A DNA stretch of 63,800 nucleotides, filler included, from Dicyema japonicum (Eukaryota; Animalia; Dicyemida): assembly GCA_011109175.1 (NCBI GenBank). It is 14 parts of 14 records of this genome, joined end to end, with 100 filler letters (N's around TTAATTAATTAA, not from the genome) between each part and the next. Parts side by side here need not be neighbours in the genome. Positions count along the whole stretch, not along the records: positions 1 to 3,892 come from RDEW01000230.1; positions 3,993 to 11,195 come from RDEW01000019.1; positions 11,296 to 15,232 come from RDEW01000323.1; 11 more parts are not named here. One strand, given 5' to 3'. A model generated the notes under the pieces. The model did no database searches and was not told where the DNA came from. It worked only from the letters and a program-made list of their open reading frames with translations. This document shows positions 1 to 13,500 of the stretch, piece by piece (within the stretch, counting starts at the first letter, position 1; each line of letters opens with the position of its first letter). A program made the translations under genes and the position numbers.

Positions 1-1065
1 AATATTAAATAATAGTCTCTTCCATACTCCTCGATCGTCAGTCAGCGATATCATAAAGTCTTCCGTGGTTTCAACTCCCTTTCAGAGTTAAGGTCATACA
101 TCTGGAAGAGTAAATCTTGGTCTACCACTAACACATGAATGTAAAGAAAACTAACTACATTTATACAAAACAATTCCAACGTACAGTAAAACTTCTCGAA
201 TCTGCCAAATTTGGGACCTGGGAAATTACGGCGGATTCGATTGGCAAATTTGAATTTTTTATAAATTAATAAAATGCTTTTTTTTAATTTTAAAGACTAA
301 TTTAAATATTATTATTTGGTAAAGAAGATACTACATCCTGCTCTCTCCTTTCCAACATGGATTCCGGGCTAAACACTCCACAGCAAAATAACGTCCCTGT
401 GCCAGTTTATTGCGGAGGGATTCAATTCCACTAAATATTTGTTTGGTTGTTTCCACTAACATTATCAAGGTGATTGAAGACATTTAAGTTTCTCCCCCAC
501 TCCACTGGAGGGTTTTCCACAACTGCAACCATGGACGTCTTTACCCTTTATGTTGATTCCGGATAGAGTCTGTTTTTGTAGAAATGGAGATTGGATACAC
601 TTAATTAGTTGTTTACTTTAACTTCTTTCTTGGTGTATCCGGAGTTATAAATAAATAAGACATCTAAGTTAACCTCATACTGTTCCATTAGAGGTAAGAA
701 GTCGGAAGACGGCCCTCATTTTACGAAAGAGATTTAAGCCAAATCGTTCCCTGAGACCTGATTCCGGTATCCGACATGGACTGAGTCTGGGAAGGGATAG
801 GTATATCCGAAATCACATGCTTATAGGGGGCAATCTGCAGATTGAACTTTTAATAGGGAAGAGATTGATTTGTCAGGTTGATCTAGGGCTTATGGCCCCC
901 AAGAACATATGCGGCAAAAGAAAAACATCAACTACTGTCTATCCCCAGATTACACGAGGGGATCGTTAATGAGACGCCCCTTAGGATTTGTTTGCAAACA
1001 ATCAGACATAAAGTAACCACAAAACTCAAAGTTTAAAAATATTAAATATATTACACGTAAATTAA

Positions 1066-1600
1066 TTGCCGGAAGGAGACCACGTCATGCTGCTCTGAAT
1101 GATGTGATCGTCAGAGCTCTGAAAGCTTCAGGCTTCCCAGCACAGCTTGAACCAGTGGGTCTTGATCGAGGAGATGGGAAGAGACCTGACGGGATGACCC
1201 TTTTCCCCTTCACGTCTGGAAGATCTTTGGTCTGGGACGCAACTTGCATAAACACGTTCTCAAGCACGAACATTTTTAAATCTGTTCAGACACCTGGAGC
1301 AGCTGCTTCGACGCGGAAAACCTAAAAATCAAGAAATATTCTCTTGCCTCGGGGATCGCTACCGATTTACTCCTGTTGCGACCGAAATCATCGGGAGCCG
1401 TTGGTCCAATGACGGCTGAATTCTTGCAAGAACTCGGAGGATTGCTTGCCAGAAAGAAAAGGGATCAACGAGAAGGGCTATGGCTAAGACAAAAGATTGG
1501 AATAGCCATACTCCGAGGGAACTCGTTCGCAATCCACGCAGCAGGCTTCCTCAACTGATATTTGTTTAATTGTTAAAAAAATTTTTTAATTCCAAAAAAA
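1066..1600 (+). mobile_element. 3' remnant of a CRE-like (R2 superfamily) non-LTR retrotransposon, restriction-like endonuclease domain, subfamily 1, with A-rich tail
   Basis: Translates RHAALNDVIVRAL..GFPAQLEPVGLDRGDGKRPDGMTLFP..GRSLVWDATCINT ... (frameshifts) ..LRQKIGIAILRGNSFAI; typical RLE PD-(D/E)xK signature; poly-A run at ~1594-1608. Confidence 0.75.
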
Positions 1601-1947
1601 AAAAAAAAGAAAAAAGTAAATTAATTTAAATTTGGGAATGTACAACAACGTTGGTTATGAACATGACCTTAGTAATCTATGTGAGAGATGTCTCAGATAT
1701 GATTTTCTTGTTTCCACGTTGAAGCAAAGATCAAATTAAGTGGAACAAACGTGTTTATTAATACCTCTTGTAAGTCGGACAAGAAGAGGGAAAATTTTTC
1801 TTTATTGATCAGACTTTGTAACAAGCAATCTTGAAGAAACAAAGGTCTATGAAACTGATGACAGCGAGGGTTGTTGAAATTATGGCTCAAGCGCTGACAT
1901 ATGCAGCAAAATAGGACATTTATTCTTAACAAAAAATAATAGAAGAT

Positions 1948-2264
1948 AATATAATAACAGCCTTTTTCACGGAGCCACGGTATTAGCTCTGCATAGACAG
2001 GACATATACTTTATTTAAGTAAAGAACAGTTAATTTTAACTAATCGTAGAACCAAGGAATGATCTTCACTTTTTTTTTCTTTTTCTTGTGTGTGGGTACT
2101 TTCTAGACAATCCAGTTCCTCAGTGAGAGTCCACTGATGACGGCGTCACTCTTCAAGCCTTTTTAGCATAGTAGATGCCTGGAACCTTCAACCAGGTAGC
2201 AGCGAGAATCGAACCCATAACCTAAGTCACTTTAGACCGACACCTAACCACTATGCCACCCGGC
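1948..2264 (-). mobile_element. tRNA-derived SINE, full-length copy
   Basis: Reverse complement begins GCCGGGTGGCATAGTGGTTAGG (A box) ...GGGTTCGATTC (B box); same body and GTGAAAAAGGC-T(TA)n tail as copies at 12123 and 16118. Confidence 0.8.
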
Positions 2265-3892
2265 TAAACAAAAGATATTAACAATATAAAAATCAAATAG
2301 TGGAGAACATGCTTATAACGTTAACAAAATATATATTAACAAAAATAAGCTAGTCAGTAATAGAATTTGAAATATTTAAAAATAGAGTATAAGTTATCGA
2401 AGTTTTTTCTTAACTTACGGTTCCATAATAGATTTGTAAGTGAATTTTTAGACATTCAATTTTCATTTTTGGTAGTCATCTAACAATTACTTGTTTATGA
2501 TCTTCTTTTGTGAACAGTTTGGAAGCTTGAAATGATTTATCTGGTCGAATCTAGGATAAGTTATCTATACTAAGTGTGATTATGATCACATGGGGATCTA
2601 TGAGCATTTCAACAAATGTCTTATGCTCCAAGTCCATTTCTTCAAACTTAACAATGAGGGTGTTTTGGATATCAGATGATCGAACATTATCGTTTAACAT
2701 TTTGAATGATATAAATTGCTTAACTGCAACCCACCAATCTGGCGAACTCCTCAAATGGTAGATGTAAGGTCTGAGTCCTAAATTACAGTCAAGAAAATAA
2801 CCAGAGAGAGTGATAAACCCATGCTATGTTCGAAACTACAGTGGGAAGCCGAGGGTAGAATAAATATGCAGGACAATGTTTAGTGATCGAAGACGCTGAA
2901 ATTAAAAAAACAATACTAAAGAGAAATATGAGACACCAAAAAAACAACAACCAACCACAACAAAATGACAACTTAATATCCTTGCGGGATGTACCAACAA
3001 ATCATAGATTCTAACAATATCACAATATTTGTGGTGGAAATAATAATGAATCCAAATCGCCGTTATTTTCAGAACAAAGGGATTTCAGAATTAACAATTC
3101 AAAATACAGAATAAGAAAAAAGAGTCACGAATAGCTCCTAACGATACTTTGACAAAAATCAAAAAATTTCAAAAATATCAGGTAAAAAGAGAAGTGGAAA
3201 ATGACATAGATAATATAAAAGGAAGTAAAATGTTAAGTCATCAGTCTTTTTAATAAAAAAATAAAAGAATAACATAGGTATTGATGACCAACTCGGACAA
3301 GCAGTAACCAAGATACTGAAAGGGTGAATGTAGTTTCTGCATATGATATCTTTACAATTTAGCTTCACATTTAAATTCATACAAATACAATCAACAAAGG
3401 AGAATGCCTTTACAAAATTATCAATTCCATTGGACAAAAAAGTATAACATTTCATAATTTCTTCATAGTTATAAAAACATAATTAAATTATGAATCAAAG
3501 ATTTAGTTGATAAAGGTTTGGATTGTGCACACGTGATCCATTCAACTTTGGGCCATCAGCCATTACCTTCCAAAACTGTTATCCGTTAGTGAGCAGTCTC
3601 GTCATGACCTCTATCTCACTTCTTACAAAAACTAAGGCCTATAGACTCCCGAAAATCGTTGTGTCAATATCTAATATCGTGCACACGTGGTGTCACGTGG
3701 TCCATTCATATCAAGGGATCCCTGAAATATGTTGTAAGTTAAACCGATGGAAGAAAGACAAAACCACTGAAGGCAGTTTGAAGAGGTCATGTCGAGTGCT
3801 ACATTAGTATGCATTTTTGGAAGGATGAGATTTTCATGAGGTTGGGGAACTCATTTTCACATTGTGGCGTTTCCACAGTCCTTCATTCTCCA

Positions 3893-3992
3893 NNNNNNNN
3901 NNNNNNNNNNNNNNNNNNNNNNNNNNNNNNNNNNNNTTAATTAATTAANNNNNNNNNNNNNNNNNNNNNNNNNNNNNNNNNNNNNNNNNNNN
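3893..3992. other. Artificial 100-bp assembly spacer (44 N, TTAATTAATTAA, 44 N); recurs at ~11196, 15233, 40613, 45330, 47479, 49814, 52857, 54513, 56370, 57863, 60698, 62081
   Basis: Identical architecture each time; the 12-mer gives stops in all six frames; genes (CNTRL, EMC1, NCAPG) are cut at these spacers and do not resume. Confidence 0.95.
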
Positions 3993-6900
3993 AATCGGTT
4001 ATAAGATGATTAAAACTTTCATCGTTAATGTTTTTGTGAAGTAAAGCATCCACATTATTCTTAAAGACATTGAGAAATTTGTTATTAATATTATACTGCT
4101 AATAATAATAATAATAATTACAGAATTAAATTTATCCAATAATGCAATAATTATTTTCAATTCTGAATTGGAAATTCCTGATAAATTAATACTTTTGAGA
4201 ATGCACAGAATATTAATGTTATCAAAATCCTCTAAGACATCATTGAGTAATCGAATAACCAAAGTTCCGTGAAGTGAGCCCAACTGCATAATATAAATAT
4301 ATACAAAATTAGATTGTTTGGAAGGACCAATAAGCCGTGCCATGTATGATATAGGCGTAGATATATCAGTTGTATATTCTAATAAATTTTTGATTACAGG
4401 AATAAATACTTCGTCAATGAGAACTTTATTATCACTATAATGAATAATAAATATATACAAGCTTAAATATGAAAATATTGGGAAAAAACTCGATAATGCT
4501 GAAATATTTGTATTATTTCCATTCTTGGGGTCAAAATAATAATTAAAAAAACGTAAAACAATATCCGCAGAGAGAATTCGTCCACTAACCATTAGTTTCA
4601 TAAATCCCATAGGGATAATCTCCCTCATTTCGTCAGTCTATAGTCAATAGCATATTAAACCTCATCCTCAGAGTCTCATATCCTATTATACAAGGATATT
4701 ATGCTTTCGGGGGAAACTGCCTGGGTGGATGAATCAACATCCTCCTCCTTTAGAGACACCCTCACATCAAAAACATCAAATCCATGTATTAAAATTAGAT
4801 CATTAATAGAAATGATAGCCCACGTGCGCACCTCATTAACGTCAATTTGTGCCTGGGTGGATGAATCAACATCCTCCTCCTTTAGAGACACCCTCACATC
4901 AAAAACATCAAATCCATGTATTAAAATTAGATCATTAATAGAAATGATAGCACAAGTGCGCACCTCATTAACGTCAATTTGTGCTGCCTTAATAAACAAA
5001 TAAGAATTTCGTTCTGCTATCATGCAAGAGTTAAGACAACAAAAGGTAAGAGACTTTATAGCCATTGCCCTTACTTTGACGTCAGAATTTTGGAGAGAAG
5101 TCAAAAACTGTAAATTACATAAAAAAATAAACCAAATTATCAATAAGTGAAAGTATTGTAGACATGGAACTGTGCATTTTGTTAGCATTTGTCATAAAGT
5201 GTATATATATTCCAAGAGAACGTCTCAAGACAGCTATTGATTTAATTTCAACAGCCTTTATATTATAACACAGAACCTCCACATCCAACACAATTGGATT
5301 CATAATCTTCTCAATGTCCTTTATTTTATCCTCCACTTGGAGCAGCTTTTCATTCGTTTCCATAGCCTCCTCAAACTTCCTACTTTTGTGAAATTCGCGA
5401 ATTTCGTCAGACAGCAGATTTCTCTACACTTATAATTGAGCTAACTGTGAGGTTTAGATATAAAAAATACAGAGAATTTTAGTTCACTCATTTCCTCACG
5501 TCCAAGGTTGGCAGATTGACACATGTTGTGCTCATTCGAGTACTGCAAACCCCTAATATCAGCAATGATGTCAATAATAGCATTTTCTCGTTCGCTTTCA
5601 TTTCCACAAGATACCATGCAGTAAATTTTTACCACTTGACTCAATGAATAGTCAATCTTTGTGTCCACCATTAGTTCAAGTAATAATTTTATAACACCTC
5701 GTCTATATTGAATAAAATTAGAATAACCGCCAAATATCATCAGTTAGATCAAAAAAGGTAAAAATAGTGATAAGTCGACTTAGAATAAATTCCCTTGAAA
5801 GAATTTGTTCCAATGGCACATCTTCCCATGANACTTAGAATAAATTCCCTTGTAAGAATTTGTTCCAATGGCACATTTTCCCATGACTTAACAATCCTAT
5901 AACATAATACAAATATTACACTCTCTAATATAATTGATATAATCCAACACATTAGGTAGTACAGTTTCCAAATATTGATTATGTCCATTTGTAGTCAAAA
6001 ATTCAATCAATGTTTGCCAATATACAGATACTTCTGCACTAATGAGAGAATAATCCACCAATCGACTAAAATAACAAAATTATTAACCGTTCATTCACAA
6101 TCAAATTGATAAATCTATTATCAATAAAATTATCGTTATTCTCCTTTAAAATACATTTAATGGTCATATCAATTACATCCAAATCACTTTCCACATCTAA
6201 ATGTTCCAACAGTTGAATAACATCACCCCCACAATAACCCACCCATCCAGTCACTAACATTTTACTTCCACATACTTCATTAACAGATTCTCTATCAATA
6301 CTAATAAAACCACATTCATCAGTCAGTCCATACTTTAATAAATCAAGTCTCTGTTGAATAGAAAACATTCCCATTTCAGAACGAGATCCAATCAAGTTAA
6401 ATGCTGATTTTCCCACTAAATTACTGGTATCTAGAGTTCTATCCACCAATGCTGAGATTGTGGTTTGACTAATAGCCATTGATTCTAACACTGTCAGTCT
6501 AACTATGCTATTGGGGTCGTGTTGTACCACAAACAAATAACCTTGAGATTAAAACTGACATTACCATCAATAATAGGACAATTTGGATTACTGGGATCTT
6601 GTAAACGGTTGAGAGATCTGGCAGCCTCTATTCTCACCTGTGGTTTTGTATCATTTAGACGGCTTAACATGGCAGGGATGATTAGAGATATTAGCTCATC
6701 ATCAAGTTCCGTCTCATCAGAAAGAATGGAAAATATTTTATTGAAAAATTGACAACAATGAAGCCGAATATTCATTTTTCTATCTCCACAATGCTTTGAT
6801 AAATTTAATTATAACCTCAAGACACATGTTCATTACGTGGGTAAGCAGACGATTTTGGATCAAAACTCTTAACTTTTTTTGGCGCTCTTTGAATGACAGA

Positions 6901-7143
6901 AAAAAAGTGGAGCAGAGGTCAATTGCTTTTTGAGCTGGGAGTGATTGGTGAGGAGCAAGCAAAATGTGGAAGATTATGTTCTCGAATAATGTTACGAATT
7001 CGTCGTACTTTATCTAACATTAATCTAATTTTTTACTTTTTTGTATATTTTAAGCAATTTTTTGATAAATTCGGGATTGATTCGGTTTCACACTGGCAAT
7101 CGTCAAATATCTTAATAATTTCTTCTCTGTATGTTTCGGTCAT
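3993..7143 (-). pseudogene. NCAPG: Condensin complex subunit CAP-G (NCAPG/Ycg1), intron-containing, disrupted; 3' end runs into a gap
   Basis: Spliced peptides NIRLHCCQFFNKIF..AMLSRLNDTKPQVRIEAARSLNRLQDPSNPNCPIIDGY, VRAMAIKSL..LFIKAAQID, GFMKLMVSGRI..YYFDP..LSSFFPIF match CAP-G HEAT repeats. About 11 introns of 21-27 nt (e.g. 6542-6564). Lesions: frameshifts ~7060 and ~6800, TAA 5430-5432, TAG 5424-5426, TGA 4676-4678, 132-bp in-frame duplication 4718-4984. Confidence 0.85.
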
Positions 7144-7439
7144 CTAACATATTTAAATATACAAGAACACACCACAGGATTGGTTTTAATAAAGCGCCAA
7201 TATATATTTTTTAAATTAAAAGTTATAAACTTATTATAATTATTTAAACTAAATATCCTTATATCCGAAGTCCCTCATGTATGTTTCGGTCATCTAACAA
7301 ATTTAAATATACAAGAACACACCACAGGATTGGTTTTAATAAAGCGCCAATATATATTTTTTAAATTAAAAGTTATAAACTTATTATAATTATTTAAACT
7401 AAATATCCTTCTTTCCGAAGTCCCTCACATAATTAACAT

Positions 7440-9085
7440 CCATCTATCCGAGTCTTCGAAGAGGGGACAGCCCAACTTACCCGGACTTGTCATTATGCAC
7501 TCCCTCCCTTGCTCATATCTTTCATGGAATGTTCGTTATGGTTTTAAAAGCGACCATAACCCAATTGTGTCAAAACTCAAAAGATCTATTTGTCTGCCAA
7601 GATGTTCTACAAAGTTCAAGAACTATTCGAAGGCAAATTGGTTTGGATTTAGCACGTATGTAGATAATTGTCTATCTAGCTTCGCTGTGGAAGACTTCCT
7701 TGTTAATTTCAGTTATTCGAAAAGCGGACAGAATGTTCACTTCATTATCTTCTTACAAAAAATTTAATCCGAAACNAAACTCAAAAGATCTATTTGTCTG
7801 CCAAGATGTTCTACAAAGTTCAAGAACTATTCGAAGGCAAATTGGTTTGGATTTAGCACGTATGTAGATAATAGTCTATTTGGCCTCGCTGTGGAAAACT
7901 TCCTTGTTAATTTCAGTTATTCGAAAAGCGGACATAATGTTCACTTCATTATCTTCTTACAGAAAATTTAATCCGAAACTATCTTTGGGCATCATGGAAC
8001 TAATCATGAAACGGGATGCTTTAAAGAAAACCGGAATGAAATCAGATAGCTCTATACGCTTTCTACATCGCAGAATTTCTGAACTAATCAGTGATAAACA
8101 TAGACAAAAGTGGAGCCAACTTGTTGGTCGACTATGCCACAAGAACTTGTCTGGAAGATGGCGGCGGAGTGGAAACCGTTACCCTTGTCCCGGAACATGC
8201 ACAGAAACTCGCTAATAACCTCATGAAATACTATTTGTCGATCAGCCATAAGGATTTCTCTCGTTCTCTAAATGTCAAACGATGTAGTCCACAACAGATG
8301 ACATATACTACATTCTTCACTTTCTACGATGTGGAAAGAACTATTAATTTCTACTATCAACCCGAGCCTGTGTGCTATTCACCTTAAGCACCTAGGACCT
8401 CAAGTTCATATTCTGTTATCAAGACTATACAACCATTCTATAAATTCCCAAACAATACTATGGAAGAACTCATTGATTACTCTAATCCTAAAGCATGGAA
8501 AATCAAAAGCCATCTTTTTACCCCCCCCTGTCTTCATAACTTGTACTAATGTTATTTCTCCTGTTCTATAATTTCTTGATTTTCAACATGGCTTCAGATC
8601 AGGCCGTTCTACAACGACGCATTTGAGATCTGTCTCCCATTTCATCACAGACGGCTTCATCATGAAGACACACTTACGGACGGCTCTGGTGTATAGATGT
8701 ACAGAAAGCCTTCGACTCTGTTTCCTAACAAAGAAGATCTTTAACTCAAATTTACATTCAAGCATCATGCTATGGCTGGAAAATATCTTAAATGGTCGAC
8801 GTGGAAGAGTCCGGATTGGAAAAATTACTTCAAAATCAAGACTACTCCCTAATGGAATCCTACGAGGCTTTCCTCTGTCTCCTCTCTTATTTAACTTATT
8901 CTACACGATTTACCTACTATCAATGATCAGGACACCATGTTTTATCTTACGCTGACGACCTGATTATCGCTGCAAGGGACAAATCTCCCTCAGTTACACC
9001 TCAACCAGGTGTGTGACTGACTATCCATGAATTTGCTGTCTGTGTCTGCATCTAAGTCCCAGTTCACGTTATTTACTACGGACAN
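7440..9085 (+). mobile_element. Degenerate LINE ORF2 (APE endonuclease end plus reverse transcriptase), I/Jockey-like
   Basis: Motifs SDHNPI, NYSKANWFGF, GFRSGRSTT, GILRGFPLSPLLFN and YADD (8948-8959) in shifting frames. Confidence 0.75.
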
Positions 9086-9196
9086 AAAAATTTTCAGCAT
9101 AAAAAAGGCGAGAACTGTTGTGGATTAATCTACTACAGTTTTTAGTACCTCCACATCCTCAGACACAAAATCGATGTTATTAGCCTACAGTAAAGT

Positions 9197-9700
9197 ACAG
9201 TATGGCCCAAAATTATTCAGGAACAATTTTGGGCCAACGTGGAAATTTTTTTTAATTCAAAAATTTAACTTTATAACAATAAAATATTATTTATCAATTT
9301 TGGGGGAGAGCGGGAATTTAAAAAAATAATCAGTTTATAAGCTTTGAACGGAGTTAGTTTATAATTATACCCTGTCTCGTTCATATTGTAAATTTCGCCT
9401 TTTTTATGGAAATTTTTTAAAAGTGTTCTCAAATCCTTCTATGTCAGGTTGTTTGCCAGTTAGCATTACCCGATGTATTTCATGCATTCAAAAACCATGT
9501 CTTTTTTGAATCTTGCATGAAATCCTTTAGAATTCTTGAAATCACTAATTGATAACTTTTCAGGAATATTTTGTGGTTTTTTGATATTAGTGCATCATTT
9601 AACAAAGCATCTAACATAAACAAATCAAAAATCCCTTAGATTCCATCAAATCCATCCATTCTAATAGCTTATTATCAAGTTAACGAGGAAGCTGATATAA
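9197..9700 (-). mobile_element. pogo/Tigger-like DNA transposon remnant (CENP-B-type HTH and start of DDE)
   Basis: LDNKLLEWMDLMESKG..FKNSKGFHARFKKRHG..IYNMNETG on minus strand; TA-CAGT terminal motif at 9195-9200. Confidence 0.6.
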
Positions 9701-9889
9701 TAATTGTCAACGAAACAAAGATGAAGTCAAATGAGAATACGGTACTCCCGTGCTTCGAATCGATATTTTTATACTGGAAAGAAGTGGCTATACCAAACTG
9801 GAACATCAATATTTTATCGGTGTCATCTAAAGACAAGGAATCCGAGAATTGTTTCATCAGTTTGTTGTGATTTTGTCGCCATTGATGTT

Positions 9890-10218
9890 TGTTGTGTCGG
9901 GAGCACATTGTGCGATTTTCAACTCAAAATGAAAAAAGCCCACCATGCGATCTTGTGTATGAGGAAATTGAGACTCGAAACGGATATGTTTTTATTTTTT
10001 CACGTACGATCATTCCATCACTCATTTATGGACTGGAAGGATGGTATTACACTGCATACAAAGAGCGTTTTATTTTGCTTCTTGAAAAATCGAGGAGAGC
10101 AGAAATCAAGATTGCCCTACACAGAAGGCTATACGAAAAACTAGATGAAGATGAAAATTTGCTAGTAATGTCGATATGGATGGAAAACTACTTAAAAAGA
10201 GATGCCATAATTGACTAA
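9890..10218 (+). mobile_element. LINE RT C-terminal remnant
   Basis: RTIIPSLIYGLEGW resembles the conserved T.I.P.L.YG.E.W motif downstream of LINE RT. Confidence 0.45.
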
Positions 10219-10699
10219 TATGTTGCAGCACAGAATAAACGATAAGAGGGGTCTGAGAGCAAAAGAAGAATCCAAGCGTTTGCAGGACTTTCGGCATGAG
10301 GCCAAATAACTCCCTTTTTAATTTTCCTTGCTAATAAAATTGTTAAAGTTAAAAAGTTGAAGTTAGCATCAGTTGCTGAAATTTTAACGATTTGCATGTC
10401 TTTGTTGGAATATAATTTTTAGATGTTTTTAATATGGAATCTCGGGAATGAAGAATATTATGTCGCGAGCGCTACTTGCAATATCGATTTTTTCGCTCGA
10501 AATTAAACGAATAGTCTTAAGTCACTCACAAGTCGAACTTATTTAGAGAGATAGATAGATACTTTATTAACATAAATAACTCGTTGCTAATTAAAAACTA
10601 ATTAAAAAGGGAGAAGCCAACGAGTTTGTCCTGGTTGATGGGGTCTGGTTTAACGAGACACCATATGTCTCTTCTTTGAATTATTGACCTTTTGCATCT

Positions 10700-11195
10700 A
10701 ACAAGAATTATTAGCACAGGATATCTTCCATACCTTGCACCGTGTTTTGTTGATCCGCAGTTAACACATTTATATTCAAGATTCGGGTCCGCAATGCACT
10801 TGGAGGTGTCATGCTCTCCCGCACAACGGAAGCATTTTTTCTTTCTTGTGCACTAGTATGCAAATTGAACGACCTGCTGGCAGTTGTAGCAGATCGGCGG
10901 CCCTCTTCTCATCCACTCACAAGAGATCTTGTTCGTTCCAATGTAGAAGCCACAACGTACTAGCGATTTGGCCTCCGATTTGCTATTAATCGAGGCCTTC
11001 GCCATTGGCATGGCATGCGCTCCTCTGGACAATTGGGTAATTTTTGTAGTTGAGGGAGCCATCTCCTGGAGGTAGTCCAAGAGGTCGTCCTCCTTCACCC
11101 AGAAAGGTAGGTTCCTGAGGACAACCTCAGACGGTTTTGCAGAATCTGATGCAATTGCTGAGATCAGATCTTTCTCATCAAGCATCAGCGGGGGG
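10700..11195 (-). mobile_element. LINE ORF1 (gag-like: RRM plus three zinc knuckles), with a stop codon
   Basis: VVLRNLP (RRM) then ICYNCQQVVQFAY*CTRKKKCFRCAGEHDTSKC..KCVNCGSTKH. Confidence 0.7.
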
Positions 11196-12122
11196 NNNNN
11201 NNNNNNNNNNNNNNNNNNNNNNNNNNNNNNNNNNNNNNNTTAATTAATTAANNNNNNNNNNNNNNNNNNNNNNNNNNNNNNNNNNNNNNNNNNNNCAAAC
11301 CTGAACCAATAAAAAATATAGATTCCACGAGTAATTTAAACATAAATGACATCACGATATCATTCATGTAGTGAATTTATGAGAATTTTACTAAGCAAAC
11401 TAAAATAATCGGGAACAAATGATAAAGGACAAACTCACTTAACTAGAACAATAGCTCGAGTATGTTAAATTGTCAGTGAGGTAAAGGGCAAGAAACACTT
11501 TAATGATGAAACACGCAATACTTTGTGTTTCAAACCCACACATTGGGTTTCTCAAATAGAAAGACATCAAAGAATTACTGAAAATCTAACTTTTAAAATA
11601 TAAACGACAGACTTATGTAGTTTGTTGACAATTGAAGTCTAGCTGTGGTAGAGATTTGAAAACATAGAGCTCCTTTTCAAACACTTGTCTTCAATTGAAG
11701 ATACCTTTGTGGATCATTCGAAAGTGATCAATAGATGTGTACTCTATTATGTTAGTACAAGAAGCACATACTAGGCAAATTATTGAATTCATGGAGAACA
11801 CCTCTAAAAATCGTACAATAAATTCGAACTTGCTTTTGCCTTTTTAGATTTGATTAAGAATTACAAGTCGAGTACAGTCGTTCCAGAATATTCTTGGAAT
11901 CTTTTGCTGATTCTGTTCTTTTTCTTTTAGAAGCTCGCCAAAATTAACCTCGTCTTGAGTACAACCTCCATTGCTCGGATATTTTATCCTGTTTTAGCTG
12001 TATGGGTTTCATTCGATTTAGGACATTGATGTGACAAGAAAGTCGATGTCAAACTTTTATCTCAAGCCTCTGTTCAGTTAGCATGTTTTTGATAGTTTTT
12101 TTCAACACAACTGATTGGGTGT

Positions 12123-12426
12123 GCCGGGTGGCATAGTGGTTAGTTGTCGGGCTTAAGTGGCTTAGTCTACGGGTTCGAATTTCGCTGCTGTTCACCTGGT
12201 GGAAGGTTCCACGCATCTACGATGAAGAAAAGGTTTGACGAGTGACGCCGTCATCTGTGGATTCTCATTGCGGAACTGGATTGTCTAGAAAGGACACTCA
12301 CACAAGAAAAAAAAGAAGTGGTTCTACGATTAGTTAAAATTAACTGTTCTTTACTTAAATAAAGTGTGTATACTGCCTATGCGGAGCTATAAATACTATG
12401 GCTCTCGTGAAAAGGTTATTATTATT
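12123..12426 (+). mobile_element. tRNA-derived SINE, full length with 14-bp target-site duplication
   Basis: A box TGGCATAGTGG, B box GGTTCGAAT, (TTA)n tail; TSD AACTGATTGGGTGT at 12109-12122 and 12427-12440. Confidence 0.9.
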
Positions 12427-12828
12427 AACTGATTGGGTGTAAGTCCTCATTGCTTTTTCAATAGGTAGCTTATCCATATAATATAAATTTTATTTTTTAT
12501 TCAATTAAAAACCCCATCACCACTAAGAAAGAAAGGTTAACTCACTTATTAGATGATTTCAGCATCCAACATTTCGCGAATTATTCTTGAATGTTCTGAC
12601 AGTCACCCAACTGCTCTCCTGAGATGCCTTCTTTAGTGTCCATAGAGGAATTATATCGTAGTACACTTTTTTTATTCCCCTGAAATATGCACTATCACAC
12701 TTTCCGAGAAGCAATATCAGCTATCGCTCCCTCAGGCAGAACACACACTTTATTTTAAGCAAATAGCAGTTATCATAGCTCTTCACTTATTGTTTTTTCT
12801 TTTTCTGGCTGTATGTTCTTCATAAACG

Positions 12829-12879
12829 ATCTGGTTCCGCAGTGAAATTTTCACTGATGACGGCGTCACTCGTCAAGCC
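12829..12879 (-). mobile_element. Internal fragment of the same SINE
   Basis: Reverse complement of the SINE core TTGACGAGTGACGCCGTCATCAGTG..CACTGCGGAAC. Confidence 0.6.
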
Positions 12880-13039
12880 ACAGTTCTTTATTATTTAATA
12901 ACACTTCTTTATTGTCGATCTGAATTTGCCATAATTAATTATTTAAAATATAATAAATTTTGTTATCTTAATAAATAGTAGAATTGCCGAATTTTTTATC
13001 GAATTGTGAAAATATTGGCCACAAGAGAACTCAAAAAAT

Positions 13040-13500
13040 TACAATCTATTCTAATGAAAAAAATCAAATTCCTAATAAGATCCGAATACGCTTATATGAT
13101 GGATTTGTCCTTGGGTAATATCATAGAAAGATGTGGAACAACTTGACTCTTCACAGAGGCCAGCTAAGAAAACTCCTTTGATATTCTTGGCCAAAGAAAA
13201 TCTCAAACAATTATACAGACTGACTGATTGTGGACCAATAAGCCTGAACGTACTTCAAGCACGCTGGCGCCTTTTTAGACATATTCTACGGATGGATGAA
13301 CAGACATCATGCAATGCCGCCATGAAAGAATTTTTCGCCAATACTGTATCTCATGCATTCAGAGGACGCCCAAGAAGTTATCTTCCAAGGACACTCGTGG
13401 AATACTACGCAGTGATCGGGGGCCGACTGATGGATGCTGACGTTCTGGACGAAATCAGGAAACGAGCATGTCAACGAAAAGGAAAAATAGACTAACAGAA
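13040..13500 (+). mobile_element. RTE-clade LINE 3' remnant
   Basis: ARWRLFRHILRM...FRGRPRSY...LDEIRKRA: typical RTE ORF C-terminus. Confidence 0.6.

Noticed and set aside
2110-2160. Hammerhead ribozyme (CTGATGA) in the SINE antisense strand
   Set aside because: No stem II closed by GAAA follows; the same holds for CTGATGA at 46819
2400-3480. Possible decayed membrane-protein gene on the minus strand
   Set aside because: Hydrophobic ORFs are expected in AT-rich DNA; splice phases could not be reconciled and no family was recognised
3937-3948. TTAATTAATTAA palindrome repeated throughout the window
   Set aside because: Always centred in exactly 44+44 Ns; a scaffolding spacer with six-frame stops, not biological
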